This document shows, piece by piece, positions 31,820 through 41,813 of a DNA stretch of 64,000 nucleotides (the first letter of the stretch is position 1; each line of letters begins with the position of its first letter). Under the pieces are notes generated by a model. That model saw only the letters and a list, made by a program, of their open reading frames with translations, had not been told where the DNA came from and ran no database searches. The stretch covers positions 1,088,001 to 1,152,000 of the forward strand of contig CAVPLT010000001.1 in assembly GCA_963706325.1 (NCBI GenBank), read 5' to 3'. The DNA is from an uncultured Nitrospiraceae bacterium. GTDB lineage: Bacteria; Nitrospirota; Nitrospiria; Nitrospirales; Nitrospiraceae. Position numbers and translations under genes: made by a program.

Positions 31820-32761
31820 ATGAACAGGGAACTGAAGCTCTTTTCGGGCAGCGCCAATCCTGCGCTTGCGGGCGCTATCTGCACGTATCTGGATCTGCCG
31901 ATCGGAGCCGCAACGGTATCCGCGTTCAGCGACGGCGAAATTCGGATCCGGGTCGAAGAAAACGTGCGCGGAGCCGATGTGTTTGTGGTCCAGTCCTGCT
32001 GTGCCCCGGTCAACGACTCGATCATGGAAATGCTCATCATGATCGACGCGTTGAAGCGTTCATCGGCTAACCGCATCACGGCGGTGATTCCCTACTATGG
32101 TTATGCTCGACAGGACCGCAAGGATCAGCCCAGAGTGCCCATCTCCGCGAAGCTTGTGGCCGACCTCATTTCGACGGCGGGCGCAGACCGGGTACTGACG
32201 ATGGATCTTCATGCGAGCCAAATTCAGGGATTTTTCAATATTCCGGTGGATAACCTCTATGCCCTGCCGGTTCTCATGGACTACATCACGAAGCGAAAGG
32301 TCGCAGACTTGGTCGTGGTATCACCTGACGCCGGAGGGGTTGAGCGAGCCCGGGCATTCGCGAAACGGCTGCAGGTGAACTTGGCGATCATCGACAAGCG
32401 CCGTGAGGGGCCGAATCAGGCGCAGGTGATGAACATCATCGGGGACGTCCAGGGAAAAAGCGCCTTGCTGCTCGATGACATGATCGATACCGGGGGCACC
32501 ATTGTGCAGGGAGCCCAAGCCTGCATGGAAAAAGGGGCACGCGAGGTGTGGGCCGGTTGTACGCATGGGGTGTTGTCAGGTCCCGCGTTGGAGCGACTTC
32601 ATCAATCCTGCCTGACGGAGGTGCTCGTGACCGATTCGATTCCGTTGCGTGGCAAAGAGCAGAAGTGCCCAAAATTGAAGTCATTGTCTGTGGCCCCTTT
32701 GCTAGGGGAGGCCATCAGGCGCATCCATGAGGATGAGTCAGTAAGTTCGTTATTCGCGTAG
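31820..32761 (+). CDS. prs: Ribose-phosphate pyrophosphokinase
   Basis: [27 protein letters not shown] and DDMIDTGGT motifs. Confidence 0.97.
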   Translation: MNRELKLFSGSANPALAGAICTYLDLPIGAATVSAFSDGEIRIRVEENVRGADVFVVQSCCAPVNDSIMEMLIMIDALKRSSANRITAVIPYYGYARQDRKDQPRVPISAKLVADLISTAGADRVLTMDLHASQIQGFFNIPVDNLYALPVLMDYITKRKVADLVVVSPDAGGVERARAFAKRLQVNLAIIDKRREGPNQAQVMNIIGDVQGKSALLLDDMIDTGGTIVQGAQACMEKGAREVWAGCTHGVLSGPALERLHQSCLTEVLVTDSIPLRGKEQKCPKLKSLSVAPLLGEAIRRIHEDESVSSLFA

Positions 32762-32798
32762 GCCGTCCGCGTGGAGCGACAGGTCGAGGAGGAGTATT

Positions 32799-33566
32799 AT
32801 GAAATTTGAGTTAAGCGTTGAGAGCAGAGAAGGTGGGGGCAAGGGCCCCGCGCGCCAACTTCGTCGTGCAGGTCGGGTTCCGGCTGTGTTGTATGGGCAG
32901 GGGGAATGCCTCCTGCTCTCCGTCAAGCCGGAGGAGCTCGTGAAAATTCTGCGGGCCCAAGCCGGATCGACCGCACTTATTTCCATTACCATCAATGGTG
33001 CGAAGTCCAAGGCAAATCGCACGGCGCTACTAAGGGACTATCAGGTTGACCCGATTGCAGGCAGCGTGTTGCACGCGGATTTCTTCGAGGTGGCAATGGA
33101 CAAGCCGATCCGCGTAAAAGTGCCTGTCCATTTGACCGGCGGACAGCCGCTGGGATTGAAAGAAGGCGGCGTGTTGCATCAAGCGCTACGCGAACTGCAT
33201 GTCGAATGTCTTCCCTCGGTTTTGCCGGACTTCATTGCCGTAGATGCCTCCCAATTGCAGATCAATGAAGGCATCCACCTCAAAGACATTCCCAGGACGG
33301 AAGGCCTGAGGTTTCTGGATGACCAGGATCATATGGTTGTGAGTGTGGCCGCACCGATGACCGATGCCAAGCTTGAATCGTTGCTCACCACCGGTGCGCC
33401 AGGGGCCGAAGCGGCCAAGGAACCAGAGGTGGCTGTGAAGGGCAAAGGGGTCGCCGAAGGAGCGGCCGGTGCGGAAGCGGGGAAGGCGGGCGATGCCAAG
33501 GCCGGTGCTGCCGCGCCCAAGGCCGGAGCAGCGCCGGCGAAAAAGGAAGCGGAAAAGAAGAAGTAG
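32799..33566 (+). CDS. rplY: 50S ribosomal protein bL25 (long Ctc form)
   Basis: RQLRR.GRVPAVLYG, HADF and GLKEGG motifs; Ala/Lys-rich tail. Confidence 0.95.
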   Translation: MKFELSVESREGGGKGPARQLRRAGRVPAVLYGQGECLLLSVKPEELVKILRAQAGSTALISITINGAKSKANRTALLRDYQVDPIAGSVLHADFFEVAMDKPIRVKVPVHLTGGQPLGLKEGGVLHQALRELHVECLPSVLPDFIAVDASQLQINEGIHLKDIPRTEGLRFLDDQDHMVVSVAAPMTDAKLESLLTTGAPGAEAAKEPEVAVKGKGVAEGAAGAEAGKAGDAKAGAAAPKAGAAPAKKEAEKKK

Positions 33567-34162
33567 TGGCGTTGCGCCTGCTCGTCGGATTGGGCAATCC
33601 GGGAGTCGATTATGCCAATACCAGGCACAATATCGGCTGTTGGGTAATCGAACGGGCCGCAGCGCGTTGGTCGATACGTCTCACAAGGAAAGGCGCGGCC
33701 CAGCGAGGCTCGGGTCGCGCCGGTTCCAAACTAGTTGAACTCGCCGGCACATTGGATTGGATGAACATCACCGGCTCCCCTCTCAAGGGCCTTCTCCGCG
33801 AACTCGACCTGACTCCTGATGATTTGGTGGTGGTGCACGATGACCTGGATCTGGAGCCAGGGCGTCTCCGGATCCGGCACAACGGAGGGAGCGGCGGGCA
33901 CAACGGCATCAAATCTGTGATCGAGGCCTTAGGCACGCCACAGTTCGTGCGGCTCAAAGTTGGTGTCGGTCGTCCGGCTCCGAGACAAGATTCCGCGGAT
34001 TATGTGTTGGAGCGCGTCTCGTCTGACGAAATGGCCGTCTATCATCCGTGCCTCGAACGAGCGGTCGATGCGCTTGAACTGCTGCTCAACCGCGATCTCG
34101 CCACCGCGATGAATCAGTTCAATGTCCGGGACAAAATAGAAGGGGAAGAGCGACCAAGCTAA
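33566..34162 (+). CDS. pth: Peptidyl-tRNA hydrolase
   Basis: VGLGNPG, TRHNIG, HDDLDL, GGHNG and DYVL motifs. Confidence 0.95.
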   Translation: MALRLLVGLGNPGVDYANTRHNIGCWVIERAAARWSIRLTRKGAAQRGSGRAGSKLVELAGTLDWMNITGSPLKGLLRELDLTPDDLVVVHDDLDLEPGRLRIRHNGGSGGHNGIKSVIEALGTPQFVRLKVGVGRPAPRQDSADYVLERVSSDEMAVYHPCLERAVDALELLLNRDLATAMNQFNVRDKIEGEERPS

Positions 34163-34183
34163 CTCCTTGCGGACGAGGGCGCA

Positions 34184-34298
34184 CAGGATAGCGCTGGTCG
34201 TCCACGTGCAGGGTAGCCGGGATCATTTCCACGCAAAATCGCTCACTATCTCGACTGGTCAGCTGCGGTTTCGGTATCGGAGGGAAAAGTCCATCCTG
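34184..34298. repeat. Degenerate copy of the ~120 bp palindromic repeat
   Basis: CAGGAT...ATCCTG ends; CTGCGG-N23-CATCCTG spacing is identical to the copy at 1-124. Confidence 0.4.
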
Positions 34299-34984
34299 CG
34301 TAACCTATAGCGTTGACCTTGCTTGAACGTCCGACAGGCTGATCATAAATCCTTCAACTTCATTACCGACCCTGCCCGTTCCTTCACCCATATGGGATCG
34401 CTCGCGATTCGCGATTCGTTCGACGAACGGCCATTGGGGGACTTCCTCCAGACCCTGCCATTGTCTTGATGCGCACTACCCAAACCCTGAAGTTCCCTTT
34501 TCAACAGTCACCGATATTCACACATCATCACCACGCTTCGCAGGATCGTGCTATGCCGCCGCACAAGAGTGTGAGAACGCAGGTCATCGGTAGTGCCAGC
34601 CGCTTGTGTTGTGGTAGCGTATTGCCAGCCATGTCTCCTTTTGGAGTGCAAGATTCGAGGAGAACGACGCGCGGTCAGGAATTTGTTGTGTCACTCTCGC
34701 TACTTTCGATCTGGGCATTCGATATTTCGACGGAGCGCGGTTTCCTCCTGACGACCGGTCCACTATAGTTCATTTCTGATGAGCCCAGCACCAATCGCAC
34801 ACGAGCAGCCCGACGGCCGTCTGGACAGGCGGCATGCCGTTCATGTTCTATCTGAACAAGCATCTCGAAGAGACTAAACGTTTCGTTCAAGACTAATTGG
34901 GAGGCCTGACTTGTGAGACATGGCATTGTCCATTGGAATAGTGGCGCCAGAAATCAGACAGTGCTCCCATCTTCATTCTGACCC

Positions 34985-35197
34985 ATGCGAAAGCCTGGCG
35001 AACCGATCTATCTGCGGATTCACCTTATCGCGCTGGCGTTGGTCATTGCGGCCACCGTGGCGTTGCCGCATGTGGCGGAAGTCTTCGTTGGGCCACTAAG
35101 TTTCTGGACCCGCGCCCTGGCGGGGATGGGTATTGCCGTTGCCGGTGGGATTGCCTTGTATCTTCTTTACAATTCATCTGCCCGCAACGAGCCCTGA
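34985..35197 (+). CDS. Small two-TM membrane protein
   Basis: 70-aa ORF with two clear hydrophobic helices and coding-like codon usage. Confidence 0.55.
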   Translation: MRKPGEPIYLRIHLIALALVIAATVALPHVAEVFVGPLSFWTRALAGMGIAVAGGIALYLLYNSSARNEP

Positions 35198-35330
35198 CAG
35201 GGTTCCGATCCGGCAGCGGCGCGCTGGCGAGACATTGCCGGGTCACGGTCCTACACACAGACGTGGCGCCCTTTATCATCGCGCCGTGCGCCGCGCTACG
35301 CCCTTGCCGGACGGACTTTTTGTGCTCCTG
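35198..35330. repeat. Degenerate copy of the ~120 bp palindromic repeat
   Basis: CAGG...CCTG ends. The 3' end CCTTGCCGGACGGACTTTTTGTGCTCCTG aligns to CCTTATTGGCTGGCCCGTTTGAGCATCCTG of the first copy. Nested stems TCCGGCA/TGCCGGA and GCGGCGC/GCGCCGC. Confidence 0.5.
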
Positions 35331-35523
35331 CGGATATGCTATTCCTTCGTGGTCAATGCTTCGAGCTCAATGTTGTGGTCAATTGAATATCGAGTCCGCC
35401 ATTAGAGTATTTTCGCAGCCTTCTTGCCACCGAAAGCAGGGCTGGTCTTCCACCCCGTTTGACACATTCTTTGAGGCTGTGATACCTTCGCCAGCTCGTC
35501 CCGGCTTGTCCGGCATACCCACA

Positions 35524-35563
35524 CCTCGCTCCCATCTGTGAATGGGGGCCGTTGCCCAGGAGG
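35524..35563 (+). promoter_or_regulatory. S6:S18 ribosomal protein autoregulatory leader
   Basis: Hairpin GCTCCCAT (35528-35535)/ATGGGGGC (35542-35549), an adjacent CCG, and CCT (35524-35526) able to pair with the AGGAGG SD of rpsF. Confidence 0.6.
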
Positions 35564-35570
35564 ATTCTGC

Positions 35571-35921
35571 ATGGAACTCTATGAGTCCCTGTTCATTATT
35601 CGTCCGTCGTTAAGCGACGAAGAGACAACTGCGCTAATTGAAAAAATGAAGGGCACCGTTACGAAGAACGGGGCTTCGCTCGAGCGGGCTGAGAATTGGG
35701 GCCGTAAGAAACTCGCCTACGAGATTAAGCGTGAGCGCAAGGGCACTTACGTCTATTTCTACTTCAAGGGGCCTGGAGCGGTGATTGCCGAACTCGAACG
35801 CTCTTACCGGCTCGAAGATTCGATCATTAAATTTTTGACGGTCAAGTTGGAGCAAGAGCCTGCTCCACCGAGAGGCGCACCCGTGCCGGCACCGCAGGGA
35901 GCGACCGTTGGCGGGGTTTAA
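35571..35921 (+). CDS. rpsF: 30S ribosomal protein bS6
   Basis: YESLFIIRP and WGRKKLAYEIK motifs. Confidence 0.96.
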   Translation: MELYESLFIIRPSLSDEETTALIEKMKGTVTKNGASLERAENWGRKKLAYEIKRERKGTYVYFYFKGPGAVIAELERSYRLEDSIIKFLTVKLEQEPAPPRGAPVPAPQGATVGGV

Positions 35922-36300
35922 CAAAGTTATTCTGGTCGGGAATCTGACCCGCAACCCCGAGCTGCGTTATACGCCGAGCGGGACACCGGTCGCCAGTTTC
36001 GGTTTGGCGACTAGCCGACGCTTTAAGCAGGCGGAAGAACTTAAGGAAGAAGTCTGCTTTATCGACATCGTCGTGTTTGGTAAACAAGCGGAACATTGCG
36101 GACAATACCTGAGCAAGGGAAATGGCGTGATCATCGATGGCCGCCTCCAGCAGCGGCGCTGGGAGACGGAAGACGGCCAGAAACGCAGCAAGCATGAAGT
36201 CGTGGCGCAGGGTGTGACCTTTCTGCCGAAGCGCGGCGAGGCCGGAGGCGAGAGCGGCGGCGCGCATGAAGAACCCTCATACGAAGACGAACAGTCGTAG
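35908..36300 (+). CDS. ssb: Single-stranded DNA-binding protein
   Basis: NKVILVGNLTRNPELRYT, AEHC..YL.KG and GRLQ.RRWE motifs; lies between rpsF and rpsR. Confidence 0.92.
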   Translation: MAGFNKVILVGNLTRNPELRYTPSGTPVASFGLATSRRFKQAEELKEEVCFIDIVVFGKQAEHCGQYLSKGNGVIIDGRLQQRRWETEDGQKRSKHEVVAQGVTFLPKRGEAGGESGGAHEEPSYEDEQS

Positions 36301-36315
36301 CAGACGGAGGCAAGC

Positions 36316-36573
36316 ATGGAACGAGGAGAACGTAGTAATGGCGGGGGCGGAGGCGGACGGTTTTTTCAGCGCCGCAAGCCGTGCCGATTCTGTGTCGATA
36401 AAGCGCCGATCGATTTCAAAGATATCGGTCTATTGCGCAATTTTCTGACGGAGCGCGGGCGCATTGTGCCTCGGCGCATTTCAGGCAATTGCCTACAACA
36501 CCAGCGCGTATTGACGGTGGCCGTGAAGCGGGCACGCCAGATCGCCTTGGTCAGTTTTGCTGAAGAGCGATAG
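36316..36573 (+). CDS. rpsR: 30S ribosomal protein bS18
   Basis: [22 protein letters not shown] and VKRAR motifs. Confidence 0.97.
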   Translation: MERGERSNGGGGGGRFFQRRKPCRFCVDKAPIDFKDIGLLRNFLTERGRIVPRRISGNCLQHQRVLTVAVKRARQIALVSFAEER

Positions 36574-36658
36574 GCCGAGGGACTAGGATTTGGTGAGTCT
36601 TGAACCAGGTGGCCGAGCGGTCTATTTCTTGCTCGGTCAGAAGATGAGATTCTCGGGT

Positions 36659-37261
36659 ATGACGGTGCCTATAGATACACTCAACCCAGCGATCGTCGAT
36701 ATCGCCCCGGAGGGGCTGTCCTTGTCGTGCACCGCCAGCGGACCACAGCTCGGGTTGAACGAGCCGGAGGAGAAATTCGAGGGACCGCTCAAGCTCAATC
36801 TTGAACTAGTTCAGCAGGACGGTCCGATTGCGGTCACCGGAACCTTGGAAGGGACCGCGATTCGTCAATGTGTGCGCTGCCTCACGGATTTTTCAGATGC
36901 GCTCTTCGTTTCTTTGTACGCGGAGTTTCTCCGGCAACCTGATGAGATCCCCAAGCCGTCAGTGCCCCAGGTGCGGAAAAATCCGAAGCGAGCTGTTCGG
37001 CCGGTTGAGGCGGTGGAAGAAGCCGAAGAGGAAGACGAGGTATATCTCTATCAGGGTGATCACCTCGATTTGGCTCCGATGGTTCGCGAACAGGTGATCT
37101 TGGCTGCTCCGATGCAACCGTTGTGTCGGGAGGATTGTCTAGGGCTTTGTCCGCAATGCGGCCAGAACCTCAATGAGCGTCGCTGTGCCTGTCCTCCGGC
37201 GCCGGAACCAAGCCCGTTTCGTGTGTTACGTGGGCGCCAGTCGAAAAGTGGAAACGCATAG
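36659..37261 (+). CDS. yceD: YceD/DUF177 protein
   Basis: CVRCL, LDLAPMVREQ and PLCREDCLGLCPQCG.NLN motifs; upstream of rpmF. Start uncertain. Confidence 0.88.
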   Translation: MTVPIDTLNPAIVDIAPEGLSLSCTASGPQLGLNEPEEKFEGPLKLNLELVQQDGPIAVTGTLEGTAIRQCVRCLTDFSDALFVSLYAEFLRQPDEIPKPSVPQVRKNPKRAVRPVEAVEEAEEEDEVYLYQGDHLDLAPMVREQVILAAPMQPLCREDCLGLCPQCGQNLNERRCACPPAPEPSPFRVLRGRQSKSGNA

Positions 37262-37299
37262 TCTGTTAATCGGGTCACGTGCCCGTTGAAGGAGTTGTC

Positions 37300-37485
37300 A
37301 TGCCAAATCCAAAACACAAACATTCACGCTCCCGGCGAGATATGCGGCGAACGGCCAAGACAAGGCTGGTTCCCCCTGGATTTTCGCTTTGTCCGCAGTG
37401 TCACGAGTTGAAACTGCCTCACTATACCTGCATGAATTGCGGGACCTACAAGGGAAAGGCCGTCATCGTCGTCGAGGAATCCTAA
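37300..37485 (+). CDS. rpmF: 50S ribosomal protein bL32
   Basis: [16 protein letters not shown] and CPQC...CMNCGTYKG motifs. Confidence 0.96.
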   Translation: MPNPKHKHSRSRRDMRRTAKTRLVPPGFSLCPQCHELKLPHYTCMNCGTYKGKAVIVVEES

Positions 37486-37633
37486 CTACTTTTCTTTTCC
37501 ATCCGTCATTCGGATACAATTGCCCACCGTGATCACGATCCGACGCTATGTGATGCGAAAGGCCGTTCAGGTCCTAGCTGAAGGCGTCTCTACACGACTC
37601 TTTACCTCTCTATCGGTGGACAACTAACCGCAC

Positions 37634-38665
37634 ATGAAGATTGCCGTCGATGCGATGGGCGGGGATCACGGACCAGCCCCGGTAATTGAAGGCGCAATGC
37701 AGGCTGCGCAGGAATTGGGCGTCGGCGTCATCCTGGTCGGTAAGGAAGACGAGTTGACGGCCGCTTGCCGGAAGCTCAAATGTACTGACTCGCGCATTAC
37801 GATCCATCACGCTCCCCAGGTGGTGGAGATGCATGAGTCGCCGGCGTCGGTAGCTCGGAAAAAGCGAGACTCGTCGATTTGGATCGCCACGGAACTCGTG
37901 AAGTCCGGTGAGGCCGACGCAGTGGTGAGCCCGGGCAATACCGGCGCGAGCATGGTCGCCTCCTTCTTCTTGCTGGGATTGACGAAAGGTGTGGAGCGCC
38001 CTGCGATCGCCACGATGTTGCCTACGCTGACGGGCAGCGCCGTAATGCTGGATGTCGGCGCCAACGTCGATTGTTCGGCACAGCATTTAGAGCAGTTCGC
38101 GTTGATGGGGAATGAGTTTGCGAAGCACCTCTATACCAAGCCCAATCCGCGTGTTGGCCTCCTGAGCATCGGAGAAGAAGATACCAAGGGAAACGAAGTC
38201 ACCAAGGAAGCCTTCAAGCTCCTGAAGGCCAGTCCGCTGAATTTTATCGGCAATATTGAAGGACGTGAAGTCTATAGCGGCAGCGCGGATGTGGTGGTCT
38301 GTGACGGATTTATCGGGAATGTGGCCCTGAAAATCTCCGAAGGCGTCGCTGAAGTCATCAAGAAATTGTTGATCAAAGAGATCTCAGGGTCATGGCTGGG
38401 GCGGTTAGCCTATCCATTGATCGCGGGACCGTTGCTGAATCTTAAACGCAAAATCGACTATGCCGAATTTGGCGGCGCCCCTCTTCTCGGCGTCAATGGG
38501 ACCACCATTATCTGCCACGGTCGTTCTTCTGCGAAAGCGATCAAAAATGCGATTCGTCGGGCAAAGGGATTGGCTGAGACCCGGTTGGATGAGTTGATCA
38601 AGCGCGATATCGAAGAAAGTTTCGTGCGGCACCAAGACGAGGCTTCGGAAGGAAAACAGGCGTGA
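37634..38665 (+). CDS. plsX: Phosphate acyltransferase
   Basis: IAVDAMGGD, GNTGA, LDVGAN, CDGFIGN and HGRS motifs. Confidence 0.97.
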   Translation: MKIAVDAMGGDHGPAPVIEGAMQAAQELGVGVILVGKEDELTAACRKLKCTDSRITIHHAPQVVEMHESPASVARKKRDSSIWIATELVKSGEADAVVSPGNTGASMVASFFLLGLTKGVERPAIATMLPTLTGSAVMLDVGANVDCSAQHLEQFALMGNEFAKHLYTKPNPRVGLLSIGEEDTKGNEVTKEAFKLLKASPLNFIGNIEGREVYSGSADVVVCDGFIGNVALKISEGVAEVIKKLLIKEISGSWLGRLAYPLIAGPLLNLKRKIDYAEFGGAPLLGVNGTTIICHGRSSAKAIKNAIRRAKGLAETRLDELIKRDIEESFVRHQDEASEGKQA

Positions 38666-39639
38666 TACGGGCGCGAATCACTGGGACAGGGTCGTATGCG
38701 CCTGAACGTGTGATGCCCAATGCCGAGTTGGAACAGTTGGTCGCCACGTCCGATGATTGGATTCGAGAGCGGACCGGCATCCGAGAGCGTCGCATTGCAG
38801 GCAAGGGACAGGCCTGTTCAGACCTAGGGCTGATTGCGGCAGAGCGGGCTTTAAAGGCGGCGGGACTGTCGGCGGGCGAACTCGATATGATTCTGATGGC
38901 GACCTGTACAGGAGATATGCCCCTCCCTTCAACAGCCTGCCTGCTCCAGCATCAGTTGGGCGCCAGCAGGGCTGCTGCCTGCGACATTTCTGCTGCCTGT
39001 TGTGGATTTGTCTATGCGCTTGGTGTGGCTGATGCGTATGTGAGAACCGGCATGCGCCATGTCTTGGTAGTGGGATCGGAAGTGATGTCGGCGATTACCG
39101 ATTGGACGGATCGCAATACGTGTATTTTATTTGGTGATGGCGCAGGTGCAGCGGTGGTGAGTGCCTCCGAGGGTGAGCGCGGCATCTTGTCCACTCATCT
39201 GCATTCGGATGGCAGTCTTGCCGATCTGATCGTCGTGCCAGGAGGAGGGACGCGAATGCCTCCTTCTGAAGAGATGATGAGCGAGCGGTCGCAGTACATC
39301 AAGATGAAGGGCAATGAAACGTTCAAGGTGGCGGTGCGGACTCTCGAGGAGGTGGCGCGAGAAACGCTCGCAGCGCACCATCTGACTGTCCAGGATCTCG
39401 ATCTGTACGTCCCTCATCAGGCCAATCTTCGAATTATCAAGGCCGTGGCGGAGCGTCTCGGGCTTCCACTCGAAAAGGTGGTACTGAACATGGATCGATA
39501 TGGCAACACGTCGGCAGCGTCGATTCCCATTGCCTTGGATGAAGCCGTGAGTGATGGACGGGTGCGAGACGGACAGCTCGTGATGTTGGGAGCGTTCGGA
39601 GCGGGATTGACCTGGGCTTCGGCGCTGATTCGCTGGTGA
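38662..39639 (+). CDS. fabH: 3-oxoacyl-ACP synthase III
   Basis: RTGIRERR, AACCGF, FGDGAGA, PHQAN and GNTSAAS motifs. Confidence 0.96.
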   Translation: MIRARITGTGSYAPERVMPNAELEQLVATSDDWIRERTGIRERRIAGKGQACSDLGLIAAERALKAAGLSAGELDMILMATCTGDMPLPSTACLLQHQLGASRAAACDISAACCGFVYALGVADAYVRTGMRHVLVVGSEVMSAITDWTDRNTCILFGDGAGAAVVSASEGERGILSTHLHSDGSLADLIVVPGGGTRMPPSEEMMSERSQYIKMKGNETFKVAVRTLEEVARETLAAHHLTVQDLDLYVPHQANLRIIKAVAERLGLPLEKVVLNMDRYGNTSAASIPIALDEAVSDGRVRDGQLVMLGAFGAGLTWASALIRW

Positions 39640-39743
39640 AAGGGCGATAGCGGACCGACGACGCATGTAGAGGCGCCTCGCCTGCTTTGCCTGCTTTTTT
39701 CCCGTTGACATTAAGCCTGGTTTCTACGATACCTTACCCGGCT

Positions 39744-40697
39744 ATGGCGGGTTCAGAAATTGGATTTCTTTTCCCCGGACAAGGGTCGCAGTCCGTGGGA
39801 ATGGGGCGAGCGTTATATGACGCGTCCCCGGCGGTGAAGGCGGTTTATGATGAAGCCTCCTCCATCCTTGGGTACGATGTGGCCCAATTGTGCTTCGACG
39901 GTCCGGCTGAGCGGCTGAATCTTACGGAACATACCCAGCCGGCATTACTGGTCAGTAGCGCAGCCGCGCTCAAGGCATTGGAACCGGCTGGACTCCAGCC
40001 GGCGGCTGTAGCAGGCCATAGCCTTGGTGAATATTCAGCGATCTACGCGGCGGGTGGCTTATCATTCCGTGATGCGGTAGGCCTGGTGCAGAAGCGAGGC
40101 CGGTATATGGCCGAAGCCGTGCCCCCTGGGACTGGCCTTGTCGCTGCGCTGTTGGGACTTTCTGCTGATGCCGTGAAAGCGGCCTGTGAGGAGGCGGCGA
40201 CCGTCGGCGTCGTCGCCGCGGCGAATTTCAACTCTCCTGGCCAGGTGGTCATTGCCGGTGAGAAGGCTGCCGTTGAACGAGCGATTGAGATTGCCAAGGC
40301 GAGAGGCTGTAAAAAAGCAATTCCGCTGCCGGTGAGTGTGCCGGTTCATACGCCGTTGATGCAGCGCGCAGCAGACCGGCTGTCGGTGGAATTTGACGGG
40401 GTCACATGGCGAGACTTGACCGTGCCGTTGGTGAATAATGCGGAAGCGGTGGTGTTGCAGCGATCGGAGGATATTCGAAGCTCTCTGATTCGGCAGTTGC
40501 CGTCATCCGTGCGGTGGGAAGAGTCGGTGCAGACCATGGCCAGGTTGGGCGTCACGACGTTTGTTGAGATTGGACCGGGGACGGTTCTGACAGGGTTGGT
40601 GAAGCGCATTGTGCCGGGTGCCGCCACGTTAAATGTACATGATCAGAAATCGATGGAAGCCACGCTCACCGCATTAGGTGTGCGCAAGGAGGCGTAG
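39744..40697 (+). CDS. fabD: Malonyl-CoA:ACP transacylase
   Basis: FPGQGSQ, TQPA, GHSLGEY and EIGPG motifs. Confidence 0.96.
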   Translation: MAGSEIGFLFPGQGSQSVGMGRALYDASPAVKAVYDEASSILGYDVAQLCFDGPAERLNLTEHTQPALLVSSAAALKALEPAGLQPAAVAGHSLGEYSAIYAAGGLSFRDAVGLVQKRGRYMAEAVPPGTGLVAALLGLSADAVKAACEEAATVGVVAAANFNSPGQVVIAGEKAAVERAIEIAKARGCKKAIPLPVSVPVHTPLMQRAADRLSVEFDGVTWRDLTVPLVNNAEAVVLQRSEDIRSSLIRQLPSSVRWEESVQTMARLGVTTFVEIGPGTVLTGLVKRIVPGAATLNVHDQKSMEATLTALGVRKEA

Positions 40698-40726
40698 GTT
40701 AGGATGGAGCGGCGGGGAGCAGACTG

Positions 40727-41470
40727 ATGGCCTTACAGGGGAAGGTGGCGATTGTCACCGGTGCGGCTCAGGGCATCGGGCGTGCGATTGCGGAAGCGTT
40801 AGCCGAGGATGGGGCGGACATTGCGGTCGCGGACCTCGATCCGGCGCGCTCGCAAGAGGCGGTGGCCGCGATTCAGAAGCTGGGGCGTCGCGCACTCAGC
40901 GTGAAGGTCAATGTGGCCGATTGGAACGATGCCAAGACTATGGCCGATCAGGTGATGCAGGAGTGGGGGAGAATCGATATTCTCGTGAACAACGCCGGGA
41001 TTACCCGTGACGGCTTGCTGCTCAGAATGAAGGAAGAAGATTGGAACTTGGTGTTGCAGGTCAATTTGAACGGAACCTTTCATTGCACGAAAGCCGTCCT
41101 TCTGCCAATGACCAAGCAACGTTATGGACGGATTGTCAATATCGCCTCGATCGTAGGCGCGATGGGTAACGTGGGCCAGGCAAATTACGCTGCGTCAAAG
41201 GCGGCGGTGATCGGGTTCACCAAGACGGCGGCGCGCGAGTATGCGAGTCGAGCGGTTACGGTCAACGCAGTGGCGCCGGGCTTTATCGATACGGCGATGA
41301 CGCAGGGATTGTCGCTCGAGGTGAAAGAGGCATTGCAAAAGCAGATTCCCCTTGGGCGGTTGGGACTGCCGTCCGATATTGCCGCGGCGGTTCGTTTCTT
41401 GGTGTCGGATGCGGCGTCGTATATCACGGGGCAGGTGTTGCACGTGAACGGTGGCATGCTCATGGTATAA
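40727..41470 (+). CDS. fabG: 3-oxoacyl-ACP reductase
   Basis: TGAAQGIG, NNAGITRD, YAASK and PGFIDT motifs. Confidence 0.96.
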   Translation: MALQGKVAIVTGAAQGIGRAIAEALAEDGADIAVADLDPARSQEAVAAIQKLGRRALSVKVNVADWNDAKTMADQVMQEWGRIDILVNNAGITRDGLLLRMKEEDWNLVLQVNLNGTFHCTKAVLLPMTKQRYGRIVNIASIVGAMGNVGQANYAASKAAVIGFTKTAAREYASRAVTVNAVAPGFIDTAMTQGLSLEVKEALQKQIPLGRLGLPSDIAAAVRFLVSDAASYITGQVLHVNGGMLMV

Positions 41471-41566
41471 GTGAGTCAGGTCGGGTGACTGGATCGACCT
41501 AGATCGATTCGGCGAATCCCGGTGTGGATGAAGGAGGCTAGGATGGGGAAGGAGGTGGGCAAGTCA

Positions 41567-41800
41567 ATGGCAACAGTAGATGAACGGGTGAAGAAAATAA
41601 TCGCCGAGCAACTAGGGGTCGAGGAAGAGGAAGTGACCCTGGAGGCGCATTTCGTCGAAGACTTAGGCGCCGATTCGCTCGATACGGTCGAATTGGTAAT
41701 GGCGCTGGAAGAAGAGTTTGAAATCGAGATTCCCGACGAGGATGCTGAGAAAATTCTCACGGTCGGGAAAGCACTGGAATACATTAAAGAGAAGGCGTAG
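41567..41800 (+). CDS. acpP: Acyl carrier protein
   Basis: [20 protein letters not shown] motif; alternative in-frame start at 41543. Confidence 0.97.
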   Translation: MATVDERVKKIIAEQLGVEEEEVTLEAHFVEDLGADSLDTVELVMALEEEFEIEIPDEDAEKILTVGKALEYIKEKA

Positions 41801-41813
41801 CTGGGCTGCACTT

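Noticed and set aside
34466..34768. 100-aa ORF with an HHHH run
   Set aside because: No SD, atypical composition and no recognisable motif; probably spurious.
37552..37590. GATGCGAAAGGCCGTTCAG as a remnant of the palindromic repeat
   Set aside because: Too short and too diverged to distinguish from chance.
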